Shown: positions 10,237-20,800 of the stretch, in pieces | Layout: the number at the start of each line of letters is the position of its first letter | Position numbering within the stretch: position 1 is the first letter of the stretch | Virus record (IMG/VR): IMGVR_UViG_2862035965_000001 | Strand: one strand, 5' to 3' | DNA length: 64,000 nucleotides | Source of the DNA: a virus | Taxonomy: Duplodnaviria > Heunggongvirae > Uroviricota > Caudoviricetes | Program-made: the position numbers and the translations under genes | Notes under the pieces: generated by a model | The model's input: only the letters and a program-made list of their open reading frames with translations | The model's database searches: none | What the model was told of the DNA's origin: nothing

Positions 10237-10632
10237 AACATAAAGAACGCGCTACCATTCATAGTCAGTGGGCACCGTACCCCATGACAACCAGTGGAAA
10301 TTTAAGGAGCGCAGCGTTGCACATGTTGGGTAAACAAAATTATTCAACATCTATCCAGTCAAATGTTGACGTAGACACATTGCTAAGCACTCACGGAGTT
10401 TACATGCGTTTTTATATTTTTTAACAAGTTGTTATTGCGGGGTTATTAGTCTTCTTAAAGTATCGAGTTTTATTTACATAACTTGACCTGTAATCACACA
10501 ATAAAGTACTAATTAATTACTACGGGGCGCTGCGGATTTAAAAGTCACTAAAATTAATTCTTTCCGTACCTGCCCACTCCTTTTTTCTTTCGATCACTGC
10601 CTATTCACCACTTGAACGGAGCATTATTCACC

Positions 10633-11208
10633 ATGTTGAAATTCCGCATCATCTCCACGACCGTTACTAAATCTCAACTAACTCCGCGAAAAAATTGGAG
10701 CCACCCCAGCACCGCCCCCATAGTCACGGTAGTCACCGCACCAACACTGTGTTCCGCCGTCAAGGTGTGGAACGCAACCGAACGTATCCCCGCGCAAAAA
10801 CTACTTTGCGTAGAAGAAATACACGTTCTTGGTAAATGCAACGATGCCATCATCGCTGAATCTTTAACCAAAAAAGATAATCCTCACGCACTCGCCCCCG
10901 ACGACTTCGACCACATGGGTGATGTCTTTGGCTATGCCCAGAGCAACCCCACTATCTTTGATGATATTGTTGCGGCGCTGAATGGTGCTGGTTATGGTCT
11001 GCTGCCTGGTTTGGTCATTCACCCCATTGATGAACACACCGTTGGGCTCGTCTTTGATACTCATTTCGATACCGGGACTCATATCCTGGGAGAACGTGGC
11101 GTGTACTCCGACATCACTCACATGACTGACGATAAGTCTGCTCGTGGCTTCGATGCCGTTATCGCTATCGCACGAGCCATCATCCTCAAAGTTGAACAGA
11201 TCATGTAG
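10633..11208 (+). CDS. Hypothetical protein
   Basis: ~190-aa ORF after the AT-rich promoter region. Confidence 0.65.
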   Translation: MLKFRIISTTVTKSQLTPRKNWSHPSTAPIVTVVTAPTLCSAVKVWNATERIPAQKLLCVEEIHVLGKCNDAIIAESLTKKDNPHALAPDDFDHMGDVFGYAQSNPTIFDDIVAALNGAGYGLLPGLVIHPIDEHTVGLVFDTHFDTGTHILGERGVYSDITHMTDDKSARGFDAVIAIARAIILKVEQIM

Positions 11209-11408
11209 CAGCACATCATGACTCACTTAATTCACCACAAATACCCGCTCGTACCGGCATCACTACCCGTGTACGCGCAGAATCAGACTTGCTCTCCGCC
11301 CTCGATGAGCAAGTCTGTGTCATATCTACCCGCACTATTTTCTTGACTAAACGAAATGTGAAGCACACTCTCTTCTCCACACACATCGCATAAGAAAGAA
11401 CACTCATT

Positions 11409-11591
11409 ATGGCTAAAGAATTCGAATTCACCATCCCTGACCAACATAATCGCTTACCACTTATTTACCTGGTCGCAGCACGCACAATTACGAGTGCTCG
11501 CACACAGCTTCGCGCTGAGCTTGATCAGGATGACCCTGAACTACTCTCAAGCATCGACATTGATGCTCTCCCCTACGTCATCGTTGAATAA
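11409..11591 (+). CDS. gip: Small acidic protein, probable gyrase-inhibiting protein Gip orthologue
   Basis: 60 aa with a good RBS, immediately upstream of the MoxR ATPase gene. Size and position match my recollection of CGP3 Gip (Cg1978); not sequence-verified. Confidence 0.5.
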   Translation: MAKEFEFTIPDQHNRLPLIYLVAARTITSARTQLRAELDQDDPELLSSIDIDALPYVIVE

Positions 11592-11879
11592 AGGCATTTC
11601 CCTTCCCCCCTGTGGTCTGACCTGTCAGGCAGTCGGGCTGGTTGATTTTTCTGGCGGTGGCTGCATGGTGCAGCGTCGGTGAAAAGACAACACAGCGAAG
11701 CTGTGTTCGGGGGATTATGTGAGATCGCACCGGCTCCTGTTGCGGTGCGGATCGCACATTGTTCTCTTGCGTCCTGGCTCAGATAGCTACTACCCAGGCG
11801 TATCTCTTGTGCTGAAACAACAGCGCAACACTCACTCTTCTCATTACTCAACAACTTACTTTTAAGGACTACACAACTT

Positions 11880-13136
11880 ATGTCTCTCTACCTTGACGAC
11901 ACTTTGTCTCGCATCGTTGAACTTGATCTCAAAGACACCCGCATTGTGCCGTTTCTTGCTGGTGAACCAGGTATCGGTAAAACCTCATTCATCTACGGAA
12001 TCGGTGAGCGTGCAGGCTACAAAGTCTTCAGTATCTCGGTGAACACCCTTGCCGATAAGGGCGACCTCACTGGTGCTCGCACCCTGCAGGACCCCACCGA
12101 TGGCAAGTGGAAGCAAATGTTTTTCCCGCACGCGACCTTCGTTGAGGCAAATGACTACGCACTGGCAAACCCCAGTGAAACCGTCGTTATTCTTCTCGAT
12201 GAGATTAACCGAACCGATTCAGATGTCACCTCTGCGTCCATGACTATCTCCACTGAGCGTCGCGTTGGCACCACTGATCTAGCACCTAATGTCCGCCTTG
12301 CTGTCACCGGCAACCTCACCGGTAATGTCACCCATCTTGACTCTGCATCGTTGACCAGGTTCTCCCTCTACGAAGTCAAGCCATCTGCAGAGACTTTTAT
12401 GAAGATCATGGGCGACAACCTCAACAAATACATCCGTACTGTGCTGACTAAGTTCCCTGAGTACATCTTCATGAAGCCAACTACCGCTACCGCTCTCATT
12501 ACCACTGATGATGACGATAATGATGATGCCAGTGCACAACAAATGATGGACTTCAACGCCGTGCTTGGATCTGATCAAGACATGGTTCAGTTTACCGCCC
12601 CTCGTACAATTGAGGGCTTATCTATCTGGCTCAACAATGCAGATGATGGCTTTCTTCGTCTACTACTCAAAGACACAGCTGACGGACATTCAAGGTCTAC
12701 CTCCTTGCTACAGGTCGCACTTGAATCTCACACCGGCAATACGGCATTTACCGCAGAAATCCTCAGCGAAATGACTAATGACCTGCTCAGCGCAGCATCC
12801 CAGGCACCCTCTGGGCCGATCAAGCCGTTTGCCTACGACCGGCTCGCAGCGGCACCAAGCAACACTGTGCTTGAACAAGAGGTAGACACACTAAGCAACA
12901 ATGATCGAGCCGAAGTTCTTATTTTTGCACTGCATGACTCAATTAATGCTGCCGCTCCAAATATCATCGCACATCTCGCGTCCAACGGTGTTCTTGATGA
13001 ACTACCGATTGACAAGATCGGCAAAATTGCTTCACTCGGTTCTGTGCCAGCTGCCAATTATCACGCCTTGACCAGACAAGATACCACGCTAACTCGAAAT
13101 CTCGGCCCCGGCATTTTGGCTGTCATCAAAGGATAA
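11880..13136 (+). CDS. MoxR-type AAA+ ATPase
   Basis: Walker A GEPGIGKT, Walker B VILLDEINR, sensor AVTGN, and LDSASLTRF; adjacent to a VWA gene. Confidence 0.85.
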   Translation: MSLYLDDTLSRIVELDLKDTRIVPFLAGEPGIGKTSFIYGIGERAGYKVFSISVNTLADKGDLTGARTLQDPTDGKWKQMFFPHATFVEANDYALANPSETVVILLDEINRTDSDVTSASMTISTERRVGTTDLAPNVRLAVTGNLTGNVTHLDSASLTRFSLYEVKPSAETFMKIMGDNLNKYIRTVLTKFPEYIFMKPTTATALITTDDDDNDDASAQQMMDFNAVLGSDQDMVQFTAPRTIEGLSIWLNNADDGFLRLLLKDTADGHSRSTSLLQVALESHTGNTAFTAEILSEMTNDLLSAASQAPSGPIKPFAYDRLAAAPSNTVLEQEVDTLSNNDRAEVLIFALHDSINAAAPNIIAHLASNGVLDELPIDKIGKIASLGSVPAANYHALTRQDTTLTRNLGPGILAVIKG

Positions 13137-13247
13137 TAACCCACCCTCGCTGAAGTAGTTATGCGTCTGCCCGCGTGGAGCAGACAAAAATTCAACATCC
13201 ACGCACCTGTACCTCTCTTGACTCTCGTAGTAGAAAGCGATCCCCCC

Positions 13248-15074
13248 ATGGTTACCTTCAGCGTCTCCAATCACGCACCACACACATTTAGCCCTTTTGA
13301 TATTCAGCCACCTCTTACTGGTAACTCCACCACTGGCGAGCATGGTTACGAGTACACCGCAGTGCTAGAAAAACTAGCCACCAACCATCTATTCACCCCT
13401 ATCAACCCACAGCATCCAGCCACTATCACAGTTACCGATAGCGGATCTACCATTGATCTCGATGCAGCAGCATTAGCACAGCATCTTGCTCTCGCTATTA
13501 CGTCAGATTCATTGCTCGCGAATCATCAAGACCACAACCGTGACATGATGGATCTTCTCTCACAGCTCACGCATCATGTGGGGTTTGATCGTCGATTCAT
13601 TGTGGATCAACTTTTTGTCTCCCAAGCCCTTAAAACTCACCGTTTACCAGCACCGGCGAACAACGTTATTTACACTGTCGCCAACGATGTCATCCCCTCT
13701 GCTAAAGACATCTTGTCCATCACCGCAAAGATGAACAATCCACTGACCGCTACCACACGTGCCCCAGTGACCACTGATGAGGTTCACGCAGCCTATGACG
13801 TGTTTTTTGCCTCTCTTGCATCAGTATTTTTCCCCTGCACTTATGGTGCAGTGTTCCTCAACAATGCCGAATTTATTAAATTTGTTGACTACCTCATTGC
13901 TGAGGCAACCACGTTGCACACTGCATCAATTATCTCCACCGACACCTTCAATCAGTTCCAATCAATGCGTAACATCACCATTGACGACCTCACTGCAGAG
14001 TTTCTATTGCGCAAAGATGAACATGACACAACTGATGATTATTCATTCCCTCGCACACTCATCTCGCTACTGCATTCCTGGGTATATCACAATCACAGTA
14101 ACGCACAAACCAACAATAATGCACCGACCTGCACTTTGACTCCCTTTAGCGTGACCCAATGGATCATGCCAGAAACCATTGTCTTCATTAATGCTGAAGC
14201 ACATGCTCACGCATCCTCCCAGGATATTGAAAAGAAGTGGAAGGAGATTAACGCGGCATTAACAGGATCTATCCGCATTATGTCGCCTAATGCTATTTCC
14301 AAGTTGCAATCTGCCCAACATCTCGGAGTGCAAGCTCAGATGCAGGCCCTGCGTGCTCGAAAAAATCATCAAACAGCACAAAAGCGAGCTGCACAAGAAA
14401 ACGACTTCTCTCAAGCGCTCCCTTCTCCGCAAACCATCGTTCTCTCTGTCGCAGACGTTCTGAGCAAGCTAACTCATGTGCGTCAATCACAGAACCCGCA
14501 AAAGTATCAGAAAAAGACCCTGACCAGGGCTTCTCGCCGCCACCCAGACAATCCTAATGTCTCTGGCACCGTTAAAAGCAAACGCTTCTATCCTGATTTG
14601 CATGTCTATGTAGATACTTCGGGATCTATTAGTGAAGAAAGTTACCGCAACTCTGTGGTGCTGCTCATGCAGCTTGCCACCAAGCTAGACATCAACCTCT
14701 ATTTCTCCACCTTCTCACATGTGCTCTCCCAAGAAATCCTACTACCTACTAAGGGTAAATCCGTACAGCAATTAACTGCTCTCATTTCGGCCATCCCCAA
14801 AGTCTCTGGCGGAACTGACTATCACCAAATTTGGGATTACATCCAAACCAACCCACAACGCCAAGAACGCATGAATCTCGTGCTCACCGACTTTGGTTTT
14901 ATGCCTAATCGTGGATTAAACATCGACCACCCAAATTCGATGTTCTATGTTCCGATTCTGCCGGACTATGGCAGCTGGTCAATGGTGCGTAGAGATATGA
15001 CTGACTTCGCTAACGCCATGGTTGATTTCGACCCCTATATCCATAGCCGACTACTTGGCGTACATGGAAAATAG
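13248..15074 (+). CDS. VWA (MIDAS) domain protein, MoxR partner
   Basis: C-terminal VYVDTSGSIS (DxSxS), SGGTDY and LVLTDFG motifs; ATG 13248 has AGAAAG 10 nt upstream. Confidence 0.8.
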   Translation: MVTFSVSNHAPHTFSPFDIQPPLTGNSTTGEHGYEYTAVLEKLATNHLFTPINPQHPATITVTDSGSTIDLDAAALAQHLALAITSDSLLANHQDHNRDMMDLLSQLTHHVGFDRRFIVDQLFVSQALKTHRLPAPANNVIYTVANDVIPSAKDILSITAKMNNPLTATTRAPVTTDEVHAAYDVFFASLASVFFPCTYGAVFLNNAEFIKFVDYLIAEATTLHTASIISTDTFNQFQSMRNITIDDLTAEFLLRKDEHDTTDDYSFPRTLISLLHSWVYHNHSNAQTNNNAPTCTLTPFSVTQWIMPETIVFINAEAHAHASSQDIEKKWKEINAALTGSIRIMSPNAISKLQSAQHLGVQAQMQALRARKNHQTAQKRAAQENDFSQALPSPQTIVLSVADVLSKLTHVRQSQNPQKYQKKTLTRASRRHPDNPNVSGTVKSKRFYPDLHVYVDTSGSISEESYRNSVVLLMQLATKLDINLYFSTFSHVLSQEILLPTKGKSVQQLTALISAIPKVSGGTDYHQIWDYIQTNPQRQERMNLVLTDFGFMPNRGLNIDHPNSMFYVPILPDYGSWSMVRRDMTDFANAMVDFDPYIHSRLLGVHGK

Positions 15075-15150
15075 CAACTGACCTATCTCGGGTCAGTGAA
15101 TTCTTGCTGATTGCCACACCACCAACCACTACAAGAAAGAACCACCCACC

Positions 15151-17055
15151 GTGCCTTTTCACGATTTCACTGACCCGAACAACGATCCTGGACAACACAA
15201 CCCAACTAATCCAACTGCTCAACCAACATCTGCATCCACCCCACATCCATCACAGCACGGCCTTCCCTCCGGTGCCATCATGACTCCTTTCCCTGGTGCT
15301 CAACAACAAACCGCACCGGACGAAGAGCCTGGTACCAACCTCAATGACCTTCATAAAGACTCTGATCCAGCACTATATCGTGATGATGTTATTGATCAGA
15401 CTCTCGCCATTTTGATCAGCAAAAACAAGCCCAACCCACTGCTGGTTGGGCCTGCTGGTACGGGTAAAACCCGTATTGTTGAAGATATTGCGCGGCGACT
15501 TGCCAATAATGATCCATCTATTCCCAATCAACTTGTTGGTCACCGTATTCTCGATGTCTCTATTGCAGAGCTTATCTCTGGCACCGGCATTGTTGGTCAA
15601 CTCGAAGAGCGCATCTTGGACCTTATCAAATACGCAACCGATCCCAGCAACCAAGTCATCATCTTTATTGACGAGATTCACCAAATCGCCGGCGATCAAT
15701 CCAGTCATGGCGGATCACAAGCCAAGGTCGCGCAGATTCTCAAACCTCATCTTGCCCGTGGCGACCTCCGTGTCATTGGTGCCACCACCACGCAAGAGGC
15801 TCGTGACTTCGACCATGACCCTGCACTGAAACGCCGTTTCAGCAGGGTAAACGTCGATGAGTTTAATCGAGATCAGACTCTGACCATTCTTAACGCAGCC
15901 CGAGATAGCTACCTACAACATTTCGATAATGCTGTCACGGTATCCGATGATGTGCTGAGTTATGTCTACACTTACTCGGAACAGTTCAATACAAACAGTG
16001 TTGCGCAACCAGATGCTGCCCTGACACTACTTGATAAGGCGTTAGCTTCGCTGACCATGGAGAATCAACGTCTGATTAACACTCGCATTATCCCACCGAC
16101 CCTCAAGTTTCCGATGTCTGAGGAGCATGTGCACACCACCGCACGCGAACTTGCTTTCGGTGCCCAAGTGCCAGCAACCATCAGCACCGACCAAACTCGC
16201 GAAAAGCTCACAGCGCTGTTTGGTCAAGATCATATTATTGAGCCAGTACTCACAGCCCTCAAGCGGGAGCAGCTCGGTATTTTCCCGCGTACCAGGCCGT
16301 TAAGCTGGGTTTTTGCGGGTTCTTCCGGTGTGGGCAAAACCGAGATGGCCCGTATCCTCTCCCATGCCATCAACGGCGGTGACCCCATCATTATTAACGG
16401 GCCTGAATACATCAGTTCAGAATCTATTACCGGACTTATTGGATCGTCCGATGGCTATATTGGCTCAAATTCTAAACGCACCAAACCACTTGACCCGCTG
16501 ATTTCTAATCCGCACCAAGTTATTGTGCTGGATGAGTTCGAGAAGTCGCACCCTAATTTCAGGCAGCTGTTTATGGCGGCTCTTGATACAGGCTCTATGA
16601 CAATGGCTAATGGCACAACCTTGAATTTCTCTCAAGCCATTATCATTGCCACCACTAATGCAGCCAGCGATAAAATCGGCCGCAACAGTTTTGGGTTCGA
16701 CTCAGGTAACGCAGGTGTGCTCGGCTCTGCTCATGCTGCAACCGACCCACGTGCGCAAGAGCGTCTTAAAAAATTGCTTGCCAAAGACTTCCCCGTAGAA
16801 CTGCTGAATCGTTTTCAAGATGTCTTTGCCTTCAACCGTATTGACGCACACACCTACCGTGAGATTCTTGTTGATCTCTATGCACGTCGCCGCGACGCTG
16901 TGCTGCTCAGTCACCCCCATTATGCAGCACAGATCCCCACTGATATTGACGCAAGCGCCCTTGATCAGTTGGTCGAGACCACCTTTATCTCAGATTTTGG
17001 TGCACGTCCTGCTGCACGCGCCATCGAAGACTACATCGCATCTTTGTTGATATAA
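15151..17055 (+). CDS. ClpA/ClpB-family AAA+ ATPase lacking the N- and M-domains
   Basis: NBD1 GPAGTGKT / IFIDEIHQ / GATT / ALKRRF / PDAALTLLD; NBD2 GSSGVGKT / VLDEFEK / ELLNRF / FGARP. Confidence 0.88.
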   Translation: MPFHDFTDPNNDPGQHNPTNPTAQPTSASTPHPSQHGLPSGAIMTPFPGAQQQTAPDEEPGTNLNDLHKDSDPALYRDDVIDQTLAILISKNKPNPLLVGPAGTGKTRIVEDIARRLANNDPSIPNQLVGHRILDVSIAELISGTGIVGQLEERILDLIKYATDPSNQVIIFIDEIHQIAGDQSSHGGSQAKVAQILKPHLARGDLRVIGATTTQEARDFDHDPALKRRFSRVNVDEFNRDQTLTILNAARDSYLQHFDNAVTVSDDVLSYVYTYSEQFNTNSVAQPDAALTLLDKALASLTMENQRLINTRIIPPTLKFPMSEEHVHTTARELAFGAQVPATISTDQTREKLTALFGQDHIIEPVLTALKREQLGIFPRTRPLSWVFAGSSGVGKTEMARILSHAINGGDPIIINGPEYISSESITGLIGSSDGYIGSNSKRTKPLDPLISNPHQVIVLDEFEKSHPNFRQLFMAALDTGSMTMANGTTLNFSQAIIIATTNAASDKIGRNSFGFDSGNAGVLGSAHAATDPRAQERLKKLLAKDFPVELLNRFQDVFAFNRIDAHTYREILVDLYARRRDAVLLSHPHYAAQIPTDIDASALDQLVETTFISDFGARPAARAIEDYIASLLI

Positions 17056-17075
17056 CCAACCTTTAGGAGTACATC

Positions 17076-17552
17076 ATGACTGATACCGCTACTCACAACA
17101 CCTCAAGAGCTCGACCTGAGCTAACTGCTGACCAAGCTGCATTTATTACCGGTTTTTGCGATGCAGCCATTTTCACAGCCATCGTCACAATAGACGACGA
17201 ACCTATGTTTCTTACCGATGCGTTCTTCTTAGGTCAAGAAACCTATACCGACATTCTTATAGCTCAGCTCCGCAATAACAAAGCCATTGTTAAAGATTGT
17301 CTTGAATTCCTCCATGACAATTACGACACAATGAAAAAGCTCATTGACGATGGTTTATGTCCAGATTGGGAACACCACGGTCATGACTTCTTACTCACTC
17401 GTGACCATCATGGCGCCGGATTCTGGGATCGTGGCTATGACGAATACGGTGACCGACTCACCGACAATGCCGAAAAATATTCAGAAAATTGCTTCAACTT
17501 CTGGATAGAGCCTGATAGTGACCCGCTCAGCATCAGCTACGACTACCGCTAA
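17076..17552 (+). CDS. Conserved phage-type hypothetical protein
   Basis: AGGAG RBS; distinctive GHDFLLTRDHHGAGFWDRG motif. Confidence 0.65.
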   Translation: MTDTATHNTSRARPELTADQAAFITGFCDAAIFTAIVTIDDEPMFLTDAFFLGQETYTDILIAQLRNNKAIVKDCLEFLHDNYDTMKKLIDDGLCPDWEHHGHDFLLTRDHHGAGFWDRGYDEYGDRLTDNAEKYSENCFNFWIEPDSDPLSISYDYR

Positions 17553-17642
17553 CACCCCTTGACCTTATTTTTCTTTGGTTAAGGGGTGTTATCACCTCAC
17601 CCCACACACCCATGTCTTTACAACCAAAGAAAACTCACCCAC

Positions 17643-17801
17643 ATGTACAAAATTCAGACTTCCTCTCAGCCACTTCATGATGGCTACGACAACTCCAAAC
17701 TTGATCCCACCAGCCCTTGTTACTGCGACCAAGAGTATGAAGACTACCTCAATGCCGTACTCATGACAGATCATGAATCGCTCTACCCCACTGCTGCATA
17801 A
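17643..17801 (+). CDS. Small hypothetical protein
   Basis: 52-aa acidic ORF after AAGAAAA, co-oriented. Confidence 0.4.
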   Translation: MYKIQTSSQPLHDGYDNSKLDPTSPCYCDQEYEDYLNAVLMTDHESLYPTAA

Positions 17802-17853
17802 AAAACCTGTCTCAACACACATCCATTTTTATATATAAGAAAGCCACATCCCC

Positions 17854-20800
17854 ATGCCTATTATTATTGACAACCTTAATCCTGACGACGACTCCGCTAT
17901 CGGTGCCGTCACCGAATACAACCCCGACACCGACGCAGATTTGCTTGACGCTATTAACGCCGATGCTGAACTTGACGGTGATACTGCTGCCACCACTGAC
18001 CCTGCAGAAGAAGAAGGTGCAGGCGCTACAGCCGAGCAGCCAAAGAAGAAAAAGCGTAAAGCCCCTATTCTTAAGTCTAAAGGTCTTACTGCAAAGTTCT
18101 TTCACCGTGATCTCACTGGTGTGGGTGGTAAGACAGGTCGCCTCAATAAGAATGTGCACCCAACTAACCCTGATCTGTCTTACCAGCCGGTATCTGATGT
18201 CTACACCCCTCAGTCAACTGATCACAAAGGTATTAAGACCCGCTACATCCTTACTCACCCAACCCCTGCTGTCGTCCTCACTGAATCCATCAGCAACGCA
18301 CTGCATGTCTCCACCCTGCGTCGCAACAACAACGTCAACAACTCTGATGCAGAGTTGGCCGCTTGGCCGTACCTCTACCAGCTCGATATTCCGCAGCTGG
18401 ACCAAATGATTAATGTCGCTGACATCTGCGGTTACCATTTCCACGGTTACAACCTGTGGGTGGACTTTACCCCGCAGACCATTGCTCTACGCACCGGTAA
18501 GACTGTGCTTGATGACGGTACCACCGCATCTGATAACACAACTCATGTCTACTATCGAGTCACTGTGCATGTTATCGCTGGCCAAGATCACGGCTCTACC
18601 TTGCTTGATGATCAGGGCACCCAGGTGCTCGATAAGGATGGTAATCCTATTTCTATCCCAAGCATCAAGCGCATTGGTGCTGTCTGCAACCTGTTCGAGG
18701 ATAACCCGCTAGGATTCGCTAGTGTTAATTCTTTCGCACATGTGGACTTCTCATGGGACCCAGCGACGACCCTGGTAGATATGCTCAACAATCTTGATTC
18801 ATATCTCTCCAACCACATCAATGTCGCCAGCTCACCCACCCCTATTACGCTGGATATGGCCATGCTTAATGAGTGGTCGGAAAAGTCCTATCACCTATAC
18901 GAACGCGTTGTTGCGCAGGCGAAACTCATTAACAGCAACAAGATCACCAACCATGTCAGCGATGTCATTAAACAAAATGCCCGCGATATTTTGTGGCTCA
19001 CCCAGCAACTGACCCCCACTATCACCGACATCAACGAGGTGCCTATCTCCAAGAAGGCAATGCTGCCGATGTCTCGTCAGCTGCGCATTTTGGAGCATTA
19101 CGATGTACCGTTGACCGCGTATTCTTCCCTGTTCTGGACTGTCAGTGCCATCAAGAATGAATCCATGGTTCAGTACCTCGTGCGACAGAATATGCAGCTA
19201 ACCTTGAGCTCCAACCTGGATGCACTCAACTCGATTGTCTCCCAGCTACCTGTGCCAGATGAGAATGTTGTGGCTGCTTCTGGTTACCAGATTCAACCAC
19301 ATTTCTCCACGCAGCAACGTGAAGCCATCACCACTGATAATCCGCTCGCGATTATTCAGGCCGGCGCCGGTACCGGCAAATCTACAGTGATTCTGGAACG
19401 CATTGAGTACTTGTGCGCTGCAGGTACCAACCCGGAAGAAATCGCTGTGCTGTCGTTTACTAACGCTGCCGCAGATAACATCACGGCAAAAAATGACAAG
19501 GTAACTTCCATGACCATCTCCAAGATGGTTCACGAGATTTACGCACACAATTTCCCTGATCATGAGATCTCCACCATTGACACCATTATCAACACCCTTG
19601 ATATTGAGTATGGCGATCAGATGGTGACCTCTGATTACATGATTCAGCTTCGTGACCTGCTCTATAAGGTCATGACCCAAGGCGGTAATGCCAACCTGAC
19701 CGCATTGAGTATTTTCATGGAATCTCATATTGAGGCTTTCATTTCTGTACTCAGCCAGATTAAGCAGACCTCGCTGGAACTGGAAATAATCATCTGCTAC
19801 CTGCTCTTGGACAAGCTGGTCGAGCCTCATGCATCTCCGAAGTACCTCATTATTGATGAGGTACAGGACAACTCGGTCTTCGAGTTCGTCTTCGCACTTC
19901 GTTTTGCAGCTAAGCACAACACGAGCCTGTACCTTGTCGGTGACTCATCACAGACCTTGTATGAGTTCCGTTCTGCTAACCCTAAGGCCCTGAACTCCCT
20001 GGAAGCGTCTGGTGTTTTCGGTACCTACCGTTTGACCACCAATTACCGTTCCAACCAGGAGATTCTGGACTTCGCTAATATCCACCTCTCCGATATTGAG
20101 GCTAACCAGTTCGCTGGTATCCAGCTCTACGCCAACTCTTTTGATGCACCTACTGCAGACAGCTTCAAAGAAAAGGTTGAACTAGACATGCACCATGTGT
20201 CTAAGCAATCTGAGTTTACCGACAGCATTCCTTATTTCATGCAGTCCAATAAGGATCGCTTTGACTCGGCCATTCTCAACAATGAGCAGACCATCGTGCT
20301 CGCGCACTCCGGTCGCGAGATCCGTGCAGCGCAGCAAGCTCTCGCTGAAATGTATCCCAACATCACTGTGCGCAACTTGCAGTCCGATAAGGGCTTCAAC
20401 AACACAGTGTTCTCGACCTTTATTAAGGATTTCTGGTTTGAGGTCACCGCTGTTGACCCAGCTCATGCCGCATTTACGTTCACGAGCCAGGTCACTGCGC
20501 ACCTAGATAAGCTCGTGCGCGGAAAACGTGAGCAAATGGAGGGTCGCGTCATCAAGGCTATGGCTACATGGTGGCGTGAAAATGAGCGTGATATTCAGGG
20601 TTGGGTGCAGCAAACTCAGTCCGGCATGATCACCCATGACGAATTCTTCTATCGTCTTCGCCAGTGCATTCTTGACTACGAAATCAGAAATAACCGCGCT
20701 CGACAGTCCATGCTTAATGCACGTAACAATGCCAATAAGGAGGCTGTCGCACAGGAAAAGCCACTACTCATGGTCTCCACCATCCACAGTGCTAAAGGTC

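Noticed and set aside
11573-11854. 93-aa minus-strand ORF
   Set aside because: Atypical composition, no RBS or motif, and it coincides with a hairpin-rich tract; treated as non-coding.
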